Source of the DNA: a virus
Taxonomy: Duplodnaviria > Caudoviricetes
Reading direction: 5' to 3' (one strand)
Length of the DNA: 64,000 nucleotides
IMG/VR virus record: IMGVR_UViG_3300011242_000003
Span: 64,001 to 128,000 of that record
Each line of letters begins with the position of its first letter. The first letter of the stretch is position 1. Of this stretch, positions 23,099-33,087 are shown piece after piece. The notes beneath the pieces are model-generated. The model saw nothing but the letters and a program-made list of their open reading frames with translations, made no database searches and was not told the origin of the DNA. A program made the translations under genes and the position numbers.

Positions 23099-23674
23099 AT
23101 GAATAAGTTAAATCTAATATGTAGAGAGTTTATAAGTGTAAATCACTATATGTCGTATCGAGCAGTTAAAAAAGGAAAAGGAACAATGGTTATGGCATAT
23201 AAACCTAAAGAAACTAAAGATTTTGAGAAATTATTTGGAAAATACATAAGAGAAGAAATTGAGAAACAAGGATGGATTAAACCATCTAAGGGCAAATTAA
23301 TAATAATGGATACTATATTTTACTTCGACAGAACTGACAGAGATGCACAAAACTACTTTAAATCAATATGTGATATTGCAACAGAATGTGGTGTATGGGA
23401 AGATGATAATATAGTAATGGAAAGAGTTAATAGAATATATTATGACTCAAATAATCCTAGAATTGAAATAGAAATTTATGAGTCAGAATTCAATGGTATA
23501 TTTGATAATGATGAAGAAATGAATACATACATAGAAAAATGTAGCCAATGTAATAGATATAAAAGAAATTGTAGTATACTTAATAAAGCATTAGAAGGAA
23601 GAATACAAGAAGAAGTTATTAAGGATGAAAATAATAAATGGAATTGTATTAAATTTAAAAGCCCTATGAAATAA
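23099..23674 (+). CDS. rusA: RusA-family Holliday junction resolvase with Cys-rich tail
   Basis: SVNHY, RDAQNYFKSICD, VWEDDN, PRIEIEI. Confidence 0.85.
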   Translation: MNKLNLICREFISVNHYMSYRAVKKGKGTMVMAYKPKETKDFEKLFGKYIREEIEKQGWIKPSKGKLIIMDTIFYFDRTDRDAQNYFKSICDIATECGVWEDDNIVMERVNRIYYDSNNPRIEIEIYESEFNGIFDNDEEMNTYIEKCSQCNRYKRNCSILNKALEGRIQEEVIKDENNKWNCIKFKSPMK

Positions 23675-23700
23675 AATATTAAATTAGGAAGAAGGATATT

Positions 23701-24174
23701 ATGGAAAACTCAGAGCAACTTCAAGATTGTTTATCAAGACTTGAAGAAATAGCTAAGACTACTGAGGGTATGGCAATATCAAACGAAGAAAGAGCATCAA
23801 ATATAGCATTATTACTGGAACATTCAAAAGTTACACAAAAGAAGATTAAACAATTAGATGAAGTATTGTTACAGATAGGCAAAATGTCAGATGGCTTACA
23901 TATGTTATCTATTAATACATCTATAGAATCAGCTCATACAGATGCACCCGCCGTTGGTGTTATCGCAACTGAAATGAGAAAAATGAGCGAACATTATAGC
24001 GAATACAGAAAAGAATTACAAAAACTATCTGATGATATAGAAGATGGTATAAAGGAACTAGTTGATAAATTAGAAATATCAAGTGCGGGTGTTTTAGATA
24101 CAAGTGCTAATTTAGAAGAGCTAACTGCTTGTACGGAGGAATTAGTGGCTACTTTAGAAGATATAATTAGGTAG
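23701..24174 (+). CDS. Soluble methyl-accepting chemotaxis signalling-domain fragment
   Basis: MLSINTSIESAH...GVIATEMRKMSE matches MCP LALNAAIEAAR...AVVAxEVRKLAE; SANLEELTACTEEL resembles a methylation helix; no TM or sensor domain. Confidence 0.75.
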   Translation: MENSEQLQDCLSRLEEIAKTTEGMAISNEERASNIALLLEHSKVTQKKIKQLDEVLLQIGKMSDGLHMLSINTSIESAHTDAPAVGVIATEMRKMSEHYSEYRKELQKLSDDIEDGIKELVDKLEISSAGVLDTSANLEELTACTEELVATLEDIIR

Positions 24175-24195
24175 TTAAAAAAGGAGAGATAAGAA

Positions 24196-24606
24196 ATGAT
24201 TAAAGATTGTGAAACTTGTATACATAATAGAGGTGGAATTAATTGTGGTCTTAAACCTAAATATAATGATTATAAACTAGAAATGGAACAGTTAATTGAA
24301 AAATGGGGAGAAAATAATGGATTTGGGTTTTCATTGGATTGTCCATCGTGGTATGAAGAGCCTAGTAAAATTAAAGTTACTAATGATGTAAAAGGTATTA
24401 ATGATTGGTTTGAAAAAGAAAAGAATATAATTTTCAAAGCTGAAGATATAAACATTAAGCCTATGGAAATTAAATTTGGCAAAGAGTTAGAATGCACATG
24501 TTGTATAGAAAATGAAAATGTAAAAGATAGAAATGTTGATTGGGTAATTGCATTACCTGAAGAAATTTTGAAAAGTGTGCGAGATGGAAAATACATGAAT
24601 CATTAA
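24196..24606 (+). CDS. Hypothetical Cys-rich protein
   Basis: AAGGAG RBS; CETCIH...C...C. Confidence 0.7.
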   Translation: MIKDCETCIHNRGGINCGLKPKYNDYKLEMEQLIEKWGENNGFGFSLDCPSWYEEPSKIKVTNDVKGINDWFEKEKNIIFKAEDINIKPMEIKFGKELECTCCIENENVKDRNVDWVIALPEEILKSVRDGKYMNH

Positions 24607-24654
24607 AACAAGAGTTTTAAAAGTAAAATATTAAAAAGAAAGAAGGAATTGTTA

Positions 24655-24942
24655 ATGAAAAGACAAATTAGAAGAGGAGTTTTTGAGACCAATTCAAGTT
24701 CAACACACAGTATTACAATGTGTTCCAAAGAAGAATATGAAAGATGGGAAAAAGGAGAGCTATTATTGAGTTATTGGAGAGATGAATTTGTAGAAGCAAC
24801 TGATGAGAATAAAGAGGATGAAGATAATAAAACATATGATGAATATTGGGATGATTGTGAATTTGAAACATATGAGAACTCATACACAACTAAAAGTGGT
24901 GAAAAAGTAATAGCCTTTGGATATTACGGTATAGATAATTAA
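24655..24942 (+). CDS. Acidic small protein with RRGVFETNSSSTHS motif
   Basis: Motif seen directly; immediately upstream of the radical SAM gene. Confidence 0.8.
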   Translation: MKRQIRRGVFETNSSSTHSITMCSKEEYERWEKGELLLSYWRDEFVEATDENKEDEDNKTYDEYWDDCEFETYENSYTTKSGEKVIAFGYYGIDN

Positions 24943-24966
24943 TTAAATTAGAGAGGGTGAGATAAT

Positions 24967-25851
24967 ATGAGATTAATAGGAGATTACATAAACGGAAATT
25001 ATACAGTAAAAATATTTGATGATGGTACAAAAGTTAGAGAAACTAATGAAGATGAATTTAAAGCTAAATTTCCTGAGAGTATGGATGTTAAAATAACTAA
25101 TTATTGTGATATGAATTGTCCAATGTGTCATGAAGGTTCTACTACTGAAGGTAAGCATGGTGATTTATTAAATGTAGATTTTATAAATACATTGCATCCA
25201 TATACCGAATTAGCTTTAGGAGGAGGTAACCCATTATCTCACCCACAATTAATTGAGTTTTTAAAGATATGTAGAAGTAAAAGAATTATAGTTAACATGA
25301 CAGTAAATCAAAAACATTTCATGAATGAGCAGGAATATATACAGCTTTTGATTGACCATAAACTAATAACGAGTCTAGGAGTTTCATTGACAAATGTAAC
25401 CGATGAATTTATAAAGACTATTCAACAATATCCTAATATAGTTTTACATATAATAAATGGCATGATAAGAATTGAAGATTTAAAGAAATTATATGATAAA
25501 AACATTAAAGTATTGATATTAGGTTATAAACAATTTAGAAGAGGAATTGTTAATTATAAGAATAATGGTGAAAATATAGAAGACCTCAAAGCTGAATTAT
25601 ACAATGAGTTAGAAAATGCTATAAATCACTTAAAGGCAGTTAGTTTTGATAACTTGGCAATAAAACAATTAGAAGTAAAGAGATTAATGTCTCAAGAAGA
25701 ATGGGGCGAATTCTACATGGGTGATGATGGAAAGTTCACGATGTATGTTGATTTAGTTGAACAGAAATATGCTAGAAGTTCTATATCTGAAAAAAGATAT
25801 GATTTATTAAATAACATAGATGATATGTTTGAAATTATATTAAAAGAATAA
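24967..25851 (+). CDS. Radical SAM enzyme (no SPASM/twitch cysteines)
   Basis: ITNYCDMNCPMCHE (CX3CX2C), LGGGNPL, NMTVN. Confidence 0.9.
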   Translation: MRLIGDYINGNYTVKIFDDGTKVRETNEDEFKAKFPESMDVKITNYCDMNCPMCHEGSTTEGKHGDLLNVDFINTLHPYTELALGGGNPLSHPQLIEFLKICRSKRIIVNMTVNQKHFMNEQEYIQLLIDHKLITSLGVSLTNVTDEFIKTIQQYPNIVLHIINGMIRIEDLKKLYDKNIKVLILGYKQFRRGIVNYKNNGENIEDLKAELYNELENAINHLKAVSFDNLAIKQLEVKRLMSQEEWGEFYMGDDGKFTMYVDLVEQKYARSSISEKRYDLLNNIDDMFEIILKE

Positions 25852-25947
25852 AATGAAAAATTTAATGGAATGATTTGTAAGTATGGTTATTGCTATTTTG
25901 GAAAAGACCACTAAGTAATTTTATTATATGACGAAGGGGAGATATTG

Positions 25948-26137
25948 ATGGAAGAAGTAAGACCTAAATGGGGGCATAGGAATAGACGATAATTGGGGAA
26001 GTTTTCTTATAGGTGCAAATATCAATATAGGTAATTGGAATGGTTTTAGATATGGTTATATTTGCATTTACTTAGGATTTAAAACTTTGATAATTGGAAA
26101 AGATGCGACTTTTGACAAAACAAATAGAAATGATTAA
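25948..26137 (+). pseudogene. Small ORF interrupted at a G5 run
   Basis: MEEVRPKW followed by G5 (25970-25974); removing one G gives a 62-aa ORF ending TAA at 26137. Confidence 0.55.
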
Positions 26138-26178
26138 ATATATAATTCAAAGATATTATATATGAGGAGGAATTAATA

Positions 26179-27234
26179 ATGGGAAAAGTAAAAATATCAA
26201 CATTGTCAAAAGACACTACAATTCTTATAGATGGAGATTGTAGGGTAACCACTGTGGAAAATGTACTTGATAATTTAGATAATTATAAGGATAGGGAAAT
26301 GTATACTACAACACCGTATAAGGCTAGTTTTAATGCAAAAGAGATAATAGATGATGCTATAGAGTATGTACAGTGTAACGATATGTATGAAGATTGGGAT
26401 GAAAGAATATATGATGATGTAACTGAGGAAGATATAAAAGATGTTCAAACTGTATTCGATAGAATATTGGCTAGGAGTCCAAGTCAAAACATCAGTTATA
26501 TAGCAGATAAATTAATAGAATTTGATATATAGATAATTTGTAGATAAAGTGATAAGAAAGGAAGCATATAAATGGAGGTAGGATTTAGTTACGGAGTATT
26601 ATGTGGTGAACTTGAGAAACAAGCAAATGAACAAGGTTTTACATTCGGTGAAGATATGGAATTTATTGAAAGTTTAAGAAAGGCTTACAATATGGGTTGT
26701 TTTTATTTTCTTACAGACAAACAAAAAGATATGGCTATTAAGAAAGTTCATAAAGAGGTAGTAAAACGATTAAAGCCGTTAAAAAAGATTAATTAAAAAA
26801 TAAATAAATTATAAAGGAAGGTGAAAAATATGGCTAAAGACTATTTATGTAAAGACTGTGAATTTAACAATAATGGATGGTGTAAAAAGAGAAAAATACA
26901 AGGATTAAAAGATATTGTCGTATGTGAATTTAAACCAAGCCCAACGTCAATAGAGGATGAAGAATTTGATAGTGGAATGTATAAACAATTTGGTAAAAGA
27001 GAAATGTTCCATAATGTTCAAATGCAAATGATAGGTATTGATAGAGATGACTCTGTAGAGGATAAATTTAAAATATTAAAACAGGTTATGGTTAATTTAG
27101 AACAAATGTTACAAGCAGAAGAAAGTATTCATGGAATAGCAATAGAATATTCAGTTGATGAAGATATTCACAAAGATAGCATTGCAATAAGCAATGAATG
27201 GCTTAATGAAGTAGGACAATATAAGGGAGATTAA
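26179..27234 (+). other. Three hypothetical ORFs (26179-26532, 26572-26796, ~26830-27234)
   Basis: RBS-led ORFs. Confidence 0.7.
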
Positions 27235-27236
27235 AA

Positions 27237-27410
27237 ATGAATAAAATAATTAAAGAAAGAATAGTTAAATCAAAATGTATGGCTGATATGCTAGTTTGGT
27301 TAGGGTTTGAATATGAAAAAGGTGAAGAAGGATATATTTTTGAGAGAACTTATATGTTTGATAATGCTTGGAGAGATATACATTGTTTAAGGCAAATGTA
27401 TAGAAAGTAA
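27237..27410 (+). CDS. 57-aa paralogue of ORF 1859-2086 (not in the ORF track)
   Basis: MNKIIKERIVKSKCMADMLVWLGFEYEKGEEGYIFERTYMFDNAWRDIHCLRQMYRK*, GGGAG RBS. Confidence 0.85.
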   Translation: MNKIIKERIVKSKCMADMLVWLGFEYEKGEEGYIFERTYMFDNAWRDIHCLRQMYRK

Positions 27411-27423
27411 GGAGAGATTGTAA

Positions 27424-27609
27424 ATGGAAAATAATAAAGGTGTATTAAAATACGAAATAGACACCATCGAAGTGCATAATTTTAATTTAAAAATTGATAT
27501 AATAAATAGTCTTTTGGAAAAAGGATTTGACATTGTAGAAAAGCCTATATTAGAAAAAGGTCAACATATAGGTGCATTATTGACCATATATAGTGTAGAA
27601 AATAAGTAA
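27424..27609 (+). CDS. Hypothetical protein
   Basis: AAGGAG RBS, 61 aa. Confidence 0.65.
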   Translation: MENNKGVLKYEIDTIEVHNFNLKIDIINSLLEKGFDIVEKPILEKGQHIGALLTIYSVENK

Positions 27610-27616
27610 CTAAACA

Positions 27617-28333
27617 ATGTCTAAGTTCAAAGCAAATATTGTTATTATAATTCTAACCATTGTATTAGGATTTATAGTATTCAATATTATAGGCGAACTT
27701 AGAGAAGAGAAAGTGAGTCAACAAAAGGAAGAGATTATAACAGAAGCAAAAGAAGAAATTAAAGATATGACAGAGGTAATTAAACAACTAGAAAGTGAAA
27801 TACATAAGACAAATAAACTATTAGTATTAGAAGGTACTTGCAAATCAGATGTAATCTATTCTGATAAAGATATACATGAAAATACTAATGAGAATTTTAA
27901 ATGGATTAAAAATAAGTTTTCTGAATGGAAATCAAGAGAGCTTAAAGTAAATGCTACATATAATTTTGGATTTACATATAACATGGAGAATGTATGGATA
28001 GTTACTGAAGGTGAGGACATTATAATTAATCTATCTAAGAATGATATTAGTTTAGAGTATGTAGAATTGGTTAATACCGACTCATTATACACAAAGAGTA
28101 TAGGTTGGTTGTCTAAAGGTGATTTTACACCACAAGAGATAAATGTACTACAAGAACGTTGTTGGATTAGTACATTCAATAGTATACAAAGTAACACAAA
28201 GTATCGTCAACAGGCAATAGAAAGTGTTATGGGCAATCTAAAGGATATGTGTAATAAGTTAGGTGTTGAAGTTGAATTTAAGTATAGTGATATTGATGTA
28301 GTAGAAAATAATGATGCGGAAATACATAATTAA
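27617..28333 (+). CDS. Single-TM membrane protein, DUF4230-like
   Basis: N-terminal hydrophobic helix, coiled stalk, beta-rich middle and C-terminal helix as in DUF4230 (by recall). Confidence 0.55.
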   Translation: MSKFKANIVIIILTIVLGFIVFNIIGELREEKVSQQKEEIITEAKEEIKDMTEVIKQLESEIHKTNKLLVLEGTCKSDVIYSDKDIHENTNENFKWIKNKFSEWKSRELKVNATYNFGFTYNMENVWIVTEGEDIIINLSKNDISLEYVELVNTDSLYTKSIGWLSKGDFTPQEINVLQERCWISTFNSIQSNTKYRQQAIESVMGNLKDMCNKLGVEVEFKYSDIDVVENNDAEIHN

Positions 28334-28341
28334 ATTAAGCG

Positions 28342-28390
28342 AAATAAAATATTAAAAAGTATTGCAATTGAAAAGTAAGCATGATATACT
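28342..28390 (+). promoter_or_regulatory. sigmaA promoter with motif B, upstream of the replication module
   Basis: TTGCAA(28362)-17 bp-TATACT(28385), TGn extended -10. Confidence 0.8.
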
Positions 28391-28455
28391 AAAGAAGTAG
28401 TGAGTAGTTACTACAAAGATTAAGTAAAATAATATATTAAAAAGGAGGGGTTTGT

Positions 28456-29032
28456 ATGAAGTATGAAGATTATCCAATAAACTACAAAGTAGAAGGACAT
28501 ATTGACAACACTATACTATATGAAATAATAAACAAATGCGAAGCAGATAAAGTTGTTCTGACTTCAAAGAGCTATGTAATTCATGGTAGTTTATTATATA
28601 CTTATGAAAAGTTAAAATTATTAGATGTTGAATTTGATGAAACATTAAAAAAACAACCAATGGTATTTACTAAAAAACAATATTCCAATAGGTAAAATAA
28701 TATTTAATTATCAATAGCAACCAATTTATTAAAGTGAGGTGATATAAATGGATTATAAAATTCAAGACATTGAATCGGCAGTCTTTAAATATATTTCGAC
28801 TAATGAAAAACTATTGGAGATATCTTATTCAAAGTCAACAAATCTAACCATTGACAGTAGAGTTGAAGATTATATAAGAATGTTAAACCAATTATACAAT
28901 GACACAGGATTATTAATACAATCAGATACAAATTTATATGAAATTAATGAACCAAATTACAAGAATAAAGTTGTGGCAACTGTAGAATGGAACAATGAGA
29001 GTCAACAATATTATGCTAGATATATACATTAA
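28456..29032 (+). other. Two hypothetical ORFs (28456-28695, 28748-29032)
   Basis: Strong RBSs. Confidence 0.7.
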
Positions 29033-29238
29033 CTTAAATAATCAATTTATTAACAATTTGTACATATGAAAAATGTAGTAAACGAGAGTAAATAAAAGAA
29101 AACAAGAGATAAAAATTAGGGATTTAGATTAAATGGTTAGTTTTAAACGGTTATAAATTGTATTAAATGATTCAGAGAAATTATATACAATAACATATAA
29201 AATAAAATATTAAATTAAATAAGAGGAGAGATGTTTTA

Positions 29239-30084
29239 ATGGAACAAACAAAAGGATATTTAAGATTAGAAGGTAAAATATGGGGACTGAATAACAAAGA
29301 ACCATTTACTAATTCAGTAAAAAGAAACCTTTCATTTGGAATTCAAAGTAGCAAAACAAATTCTAACTACGTTCAAGTAGGAGATTGGAAAAATACGAAG
29401 CTAAATGTAAAGTTAAAATCAAACACAGATGATGAAGTAACTGAATTAAACGAGCAAGATGCAATAGATTTTGTTAAAGATAATTTCAAAGATGGTGATA
29501 GTGTATATCTAAATATTAGGGCTGATGTAGATACATACCATAAGAAATTAAATTGGATAGTAAGTAATATGTATAAAAAAAGCGAAGATATTAATTTTGA
29601 TAGCGATGATTTTGAAGAGGTTAATGAGTTAAATCAAGCTATTATAATAACAGAAAAACCTACAGATGAATCAGTTAAAGTAGGAGTAACAACCTTTAAA
29701 GGAGAAATGGTTGAATTAGAATTATCTTTAGAAGATGATGTTATTAAAAATTATATGACATCTAATGCAAAAGTTGGAGATTTGATGCAGGTAACTATAA
29801 AAGTTGATAATAGACCAATATACGAAGAAGGTCAATCTAAGAGTACAACAGAAGAAAGAACTACTTTAAAAGGTAGAAAGGTGGGAGGAAATAATTCTGG
29901 AAACTATAAAAAGATAAAAGATAGAAAGTTAGTAATGGAGTTAGTTGATATTGACGTAGAGAAAACAGAAAGTAAAAAATATACTAGAGATGAAATTAGA
30001 GAATCTATTAATTCAGCAGAGTTTACACCTAAAACCAATAATACTTCTAATGATGTTAGTGACGAAGAAGATTTACCATTTTAA
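29239..30084 (+). CDS. ssb: Phage single-stranded DNA-binding protein (probable double OB fold)
   Basis: Acidic C-terminal tail ending DEEDLPF; first gene of the replication operon. Confidence 0.75.
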   Translation: MEQTKGYLRLEGKIWGLNNKEPFTNSVKRNLSFGIQSSKTNSNYVQVGDWKNTKLNVKLKSNTDDEVTELNEQDAIDFVKDNFKDGDSVYLNIRADVDTYHKKLNWIVSNMYKKSEDINFDSDDFEEVNELNQAIIITEKPTDESVKVGVTTFKGEMVELELSLEDDVIKNYMTSNAKVGDLMQVTIKVDNRPIYEEGQSKSTTEERTTLKGRKVGGNNSGNYKKIKDRKLVMELVDIDVEKTESKKYTRDEIRESINSAEFTPKTNNTSNDVSDEEDLPF

Positions 30085-30141
30085 TCATATTAGAAGTTGT
30101 TATATAAAAAATAAAATTATATTTAAGGAGAGATTTAATTT

Positions 30142-31152
30142 ATGGGATTTCAAAAAGCAAGAAGAGAAGATATTTGGATAAAATCATTAAGCATAGCACC
30201 TTCAGGAGCAGGTAAGACATACTCAAATCTAAGATTAGCTACAGGTGTTGCAAAGGCTATAAAGGAAGCCACAGGGGAAGAGGCGAGAATAGCATTTATA
30301 GAAAGTGAATCTAAAAGGTCTACATATTATGCAGATGAGTTTGATTTTGATATGTTAGAAATTAAAGCACCATTCACACCTGAAAAGTACATAGACGCAA
30401 TAGACGAAGCAATAGATGGTGGATATAAAATATTAGTTATAGATTCATTATCTCATGAGTGGAATGGAAAGGGTGGATTATTAGAAGTACATTCAAATAT
30501 GCCTGGAAATTCATATACTAACTGGTCTAAGATAACACCTAGACATGAAAAATTCACAGATAAAGTTATTGATTCACCTATACATATATTTGCAACCGTA
30601 AGAGGAAAGGATAAGTATGTTCTTGAAGAACAAAACGGAAAGCAAGTACCAAGAAAAGTAGGAGTAGGATATCAACAAAGGGATGATTTAGAATATTTAT
30701 TCACAGTAGCATTTACTTTAGAACAAGATACACATTATTTTAATACTGTTAAAGATAATACACATTTATTTGAAGATAGACATGAGATAATTACGGAAAA
30801 AGATGGAGAATTGTTATATAAGTGGGCAGTAGGAGGAGATGTGAAAGCTAAGAAGGCAGAGTTAGAAAAAGCCAAAGAAGAAGCAAAAGCTAAAATAGCA
30901 TTAAACGCAGAAGATGAAGCTAAAAAAATGGCTGATGAAGTAGAAAAGAAAAAGAAGAAACAGCAAAATAAATTGTCTTTAGATGAATTAAAAGCAGACA
31001 TACTTATTAAATGCAAAGAGTTATCAGACAATGGGAAAAGAAGTGATGTAATATCAACGCTTAAAGAATTAAACTCTAGCCCAAATCCTAATGATATAAC
31101 AAGTAAATCAGTAGCAGAAAAAGTTATAGAAGCGTTTGAAAAATTAGCTTAA
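30142..31152 (+). CDS. Sak4-like AAA_24 ssDNA-annealing ATPase
   Basis: APSGAGKT, LVIDSLSHEW, G.QQRDDLEYLF; adjacent to SSB. Confidence 0.85.
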   Translation: MGFQKARREDIWIKSLSIAPSGAGKTYSNLRLATGVAKAIKEATGEEARIAFIESESKRSTYYADEFDFDMLEIKAPFTPEKYIDAIDEAIDGGYKILVIDSLSHEWNGKGGLLEVHSNMPGNSYTNWSKITPRHEKFTDKVIDSPIHIFATVRGKDKYVLEEQNGKQVPRKVGVGYQQRDDLEYLFTVAFTLEQDTHYFNTVKDNTHLFEDRHEIITEKDGELLYKWAVGGDVKAKKAELEKAKEEAKAKIALNAEDEAKKMADEVEKKKKKQQNKLSLDELKADILIKCKELSDNGKRSDVISTLKELNSSPNPNDITSKSVAEKVIEAFEKLA

Positions 31153-31161
31153 ATTAAAAAT

Positions 31162-31189
31162 AGCCCATGTCTTGTATAGGATGTGGGCT
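31162..31189 (+). terminator. Stem-loop between Sak4 and the next gene
   Basis: AGCCCATGTCTT-GTAT-AGGATGTGGGCT; weak U-tail. Confidence 0.5.
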
Positions 31190-31210
31190 TATATTAAAGT
31201 AGGTGATAAA

Positions 31211-31660
31211 TTGAAATGTAGATATTCTTATTGTAAACACAACAATGAAGTTAATAAAGAGGATGCTGTAAAAGAAGGTAATTCTTATTATCATAAAGAT
31301 TGTTTAAAAGAAAAGCAATTAAAATCTGAAATAGAGAGTTATTTTCTAAGTAATATGCCCTCTACTACAATGCAGTTACTTAGAAAAGTTATTAAGCAAC
31401 TTATACATGAAAAACATTATTCTGCCGAATATGTATTATTTGTATTAAAATATATAAAAAACAATAATAAACCTATAAACAATCCTTTTGGGTTGATAAA
31501 TTATTGTGGAGATAACAGAATATATACTTTATTTAATAAACAAGAAATAAATAAGAAATTTAAAGAAATAGATATGGGTACAGAATATATACCAAAAGAA
31601 GAGTCAGAGGTTAAATTTACTTACAAAAATAGCAATAAGAAGATTACAGATATAATATAG
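31211..31660 (+). CDS. Zn-finger replication protein (possible helicase loader; SPbeta YorH-like position)
   Basis: CRYSYC...YYHKDC; TTG start after AGGTG; directly upstream of the helicase. Confidence 0.6.
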   Translation: MKCRYSYCKHNNEVNKEDAVKEGNSYYHKDCLKEKQLKSEIESYFLSNMPSTTMQLLRKVIKQLIHEKHYSAEYVLFVLKYIKNNNKPINNPFGLINYCGDNRIYTLFNKQEINKKFKEIDMGTEYIPKEESEVKFTYKNSNKKITDII

Positions 31661-31671
31661 GTGGTGATTTA

Positions 31672-33069
31672 ATGAAGATTAATGATATTAAAAAATTTGA
31701 AAAGTTATATAAAATAGAATTACCTAGAGACGATATATCTGAAACAGGAGTAATCGGGACAATATTAGTTCATCCAGAATTTATTTATACTACTGAATAT
31801 CTTAAACCTAATCAGTTTTATAATAGAGAATTGGCGTGTATATATCATATAATTAACAATCTTATGGGTAAGGGAATTACAGAGATTGATAATTTTATGA
31901 TATTGACAGAAATAGAAGGAAATAAAGGATTTAAAAATATTATAAATGAATATGAGGATATATCTAGGGACATATGTGGATGGTTAGATAGTTTAAGACT
32001 TGTATCAAGAAGTGATATTGAGGGTTTTGAATTGTTGGCTAAAAACATTATAACTAACGCTTATAAAAGAGATACATATATAAAATTAACAGAGATGTCT
32101 AATTCGCTTATTTCAAGCAAAGAAGATATAAACGCTTTAAATTATAATATCCAAACAGAAATCACAAAGTTTGCTGATAGTTACATTATAAATACCAATA
32201 TACAAAAGATAGGAGATAAAGTTGATAAACTATGGGAGTTGATTGAAAGTAGAAGAAATGATTCTGGTTTTGCAGGTCTTCCAAGCAAATTTAAAGGATT
32301 AAACGAATACTTTACTTATGAAAATGGTGAATTAGTAGTAATTGGAGGAAGGGCAAAATCGGGAAAGTCAATGTTTTTTCTAAATGAAGCAATTCATAAA
32401 GTTGACAATGGTGTTCCAACGGCTATATTTGATACGGAGATGAGCGATGAAAGATGGTTAATTAGATTTTTAGCTTTGAAATCAGGAGTTGAAATCAAGA
32501 AGGTTAAGAATGGAAATTGTACTCTACAAGAATCAAAAGCTATAAAAGAAGCAAAAGAATGGTTAAAAAATAAACCCTTAGTTCATATATACGATACAGA
32601 GTGGACAAAAGATAAAATATATATGACTGCAAAACAATTAAAACAAAGTATGGGATTGGGTTTTTTGATATATGATTACATAAAAGTTGATGATACAAGT
32701 GGAGGAGATACTAAAGAGCATAACGTACTAGGAGATATGACAAATTTTTTAAAAAATAAAGTAGGGGGAGCATTGGATATTCCAGTTTTAGCAGGGGCTC
32801 AAATGAGTCCAAAGGAACAGAGATTAGCAGATAGTGATAAAATAAATAGATATGCTTCAACAATAGCATACTGGATACATAAAACAAAAGAAGAAATGGT
32901 TAATGATGGTGAAAAAGCGGGGAATTGCAAATTATTTATTGATTATAATAGAAATGGAACACAAATGGAGGAAGATGAATATTTAAATTTTGTGTTTGAC
33001 GGTAATAAAGCAAGAATTTTTCAAGCTGAGAAATTTTATAATATAGAAGGTGGAAATCTACCATATTAA
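31672..33069 (+). CDS. dnaB: Replicative DNA helicase, DnaB family
   Basis: GELVVIGGRAKSGKS, FDTEM, LIYDYIK, GAQ, YNRNG. Confidence 0.92.
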   Translation: MKINDIKKFEKLYKIELPRDDISETGVIGTILVHPEFIYTTEYLKPNQFYNRELACIYHIINNLMGKGITEIDNFMILTEIEGNKGFKNIINEYEDISRDICGWLDSLRLVSRSDIEGFELLAKNIITNAYKRDTYIKLTEMSNSLISSKEDINALNYNIQTEITKFADSYIINTNIQKIGDKVDKLWELIESRRNDSGFAGLPSKFKGLNEYFTYENGELVVIGGRAKSGKSMFFLNEAIHKVDNGVPTAIFDTEMSDERWLIRFLALKSGVEIKKVKNGNCTLQESKAIKEAKEWLKNKPLVHIYDTEWTKDKIYMTAKQLKQSMGLGFLIYDYIKVDDTSGGDTKEHNVLGDMTNFLKNKVGGALDIPVLAGAQMSPKEQRLADSDKINRYASTIAYWIHKTKEEMVNDGEKAGNCKLFIDYNRNGTQMEEDEYLNFVFDGNKARIFQAEKFYNIEGGNLPY

Positions 33070-33087
33070 ATTTAAGGAGGGTGCTGA

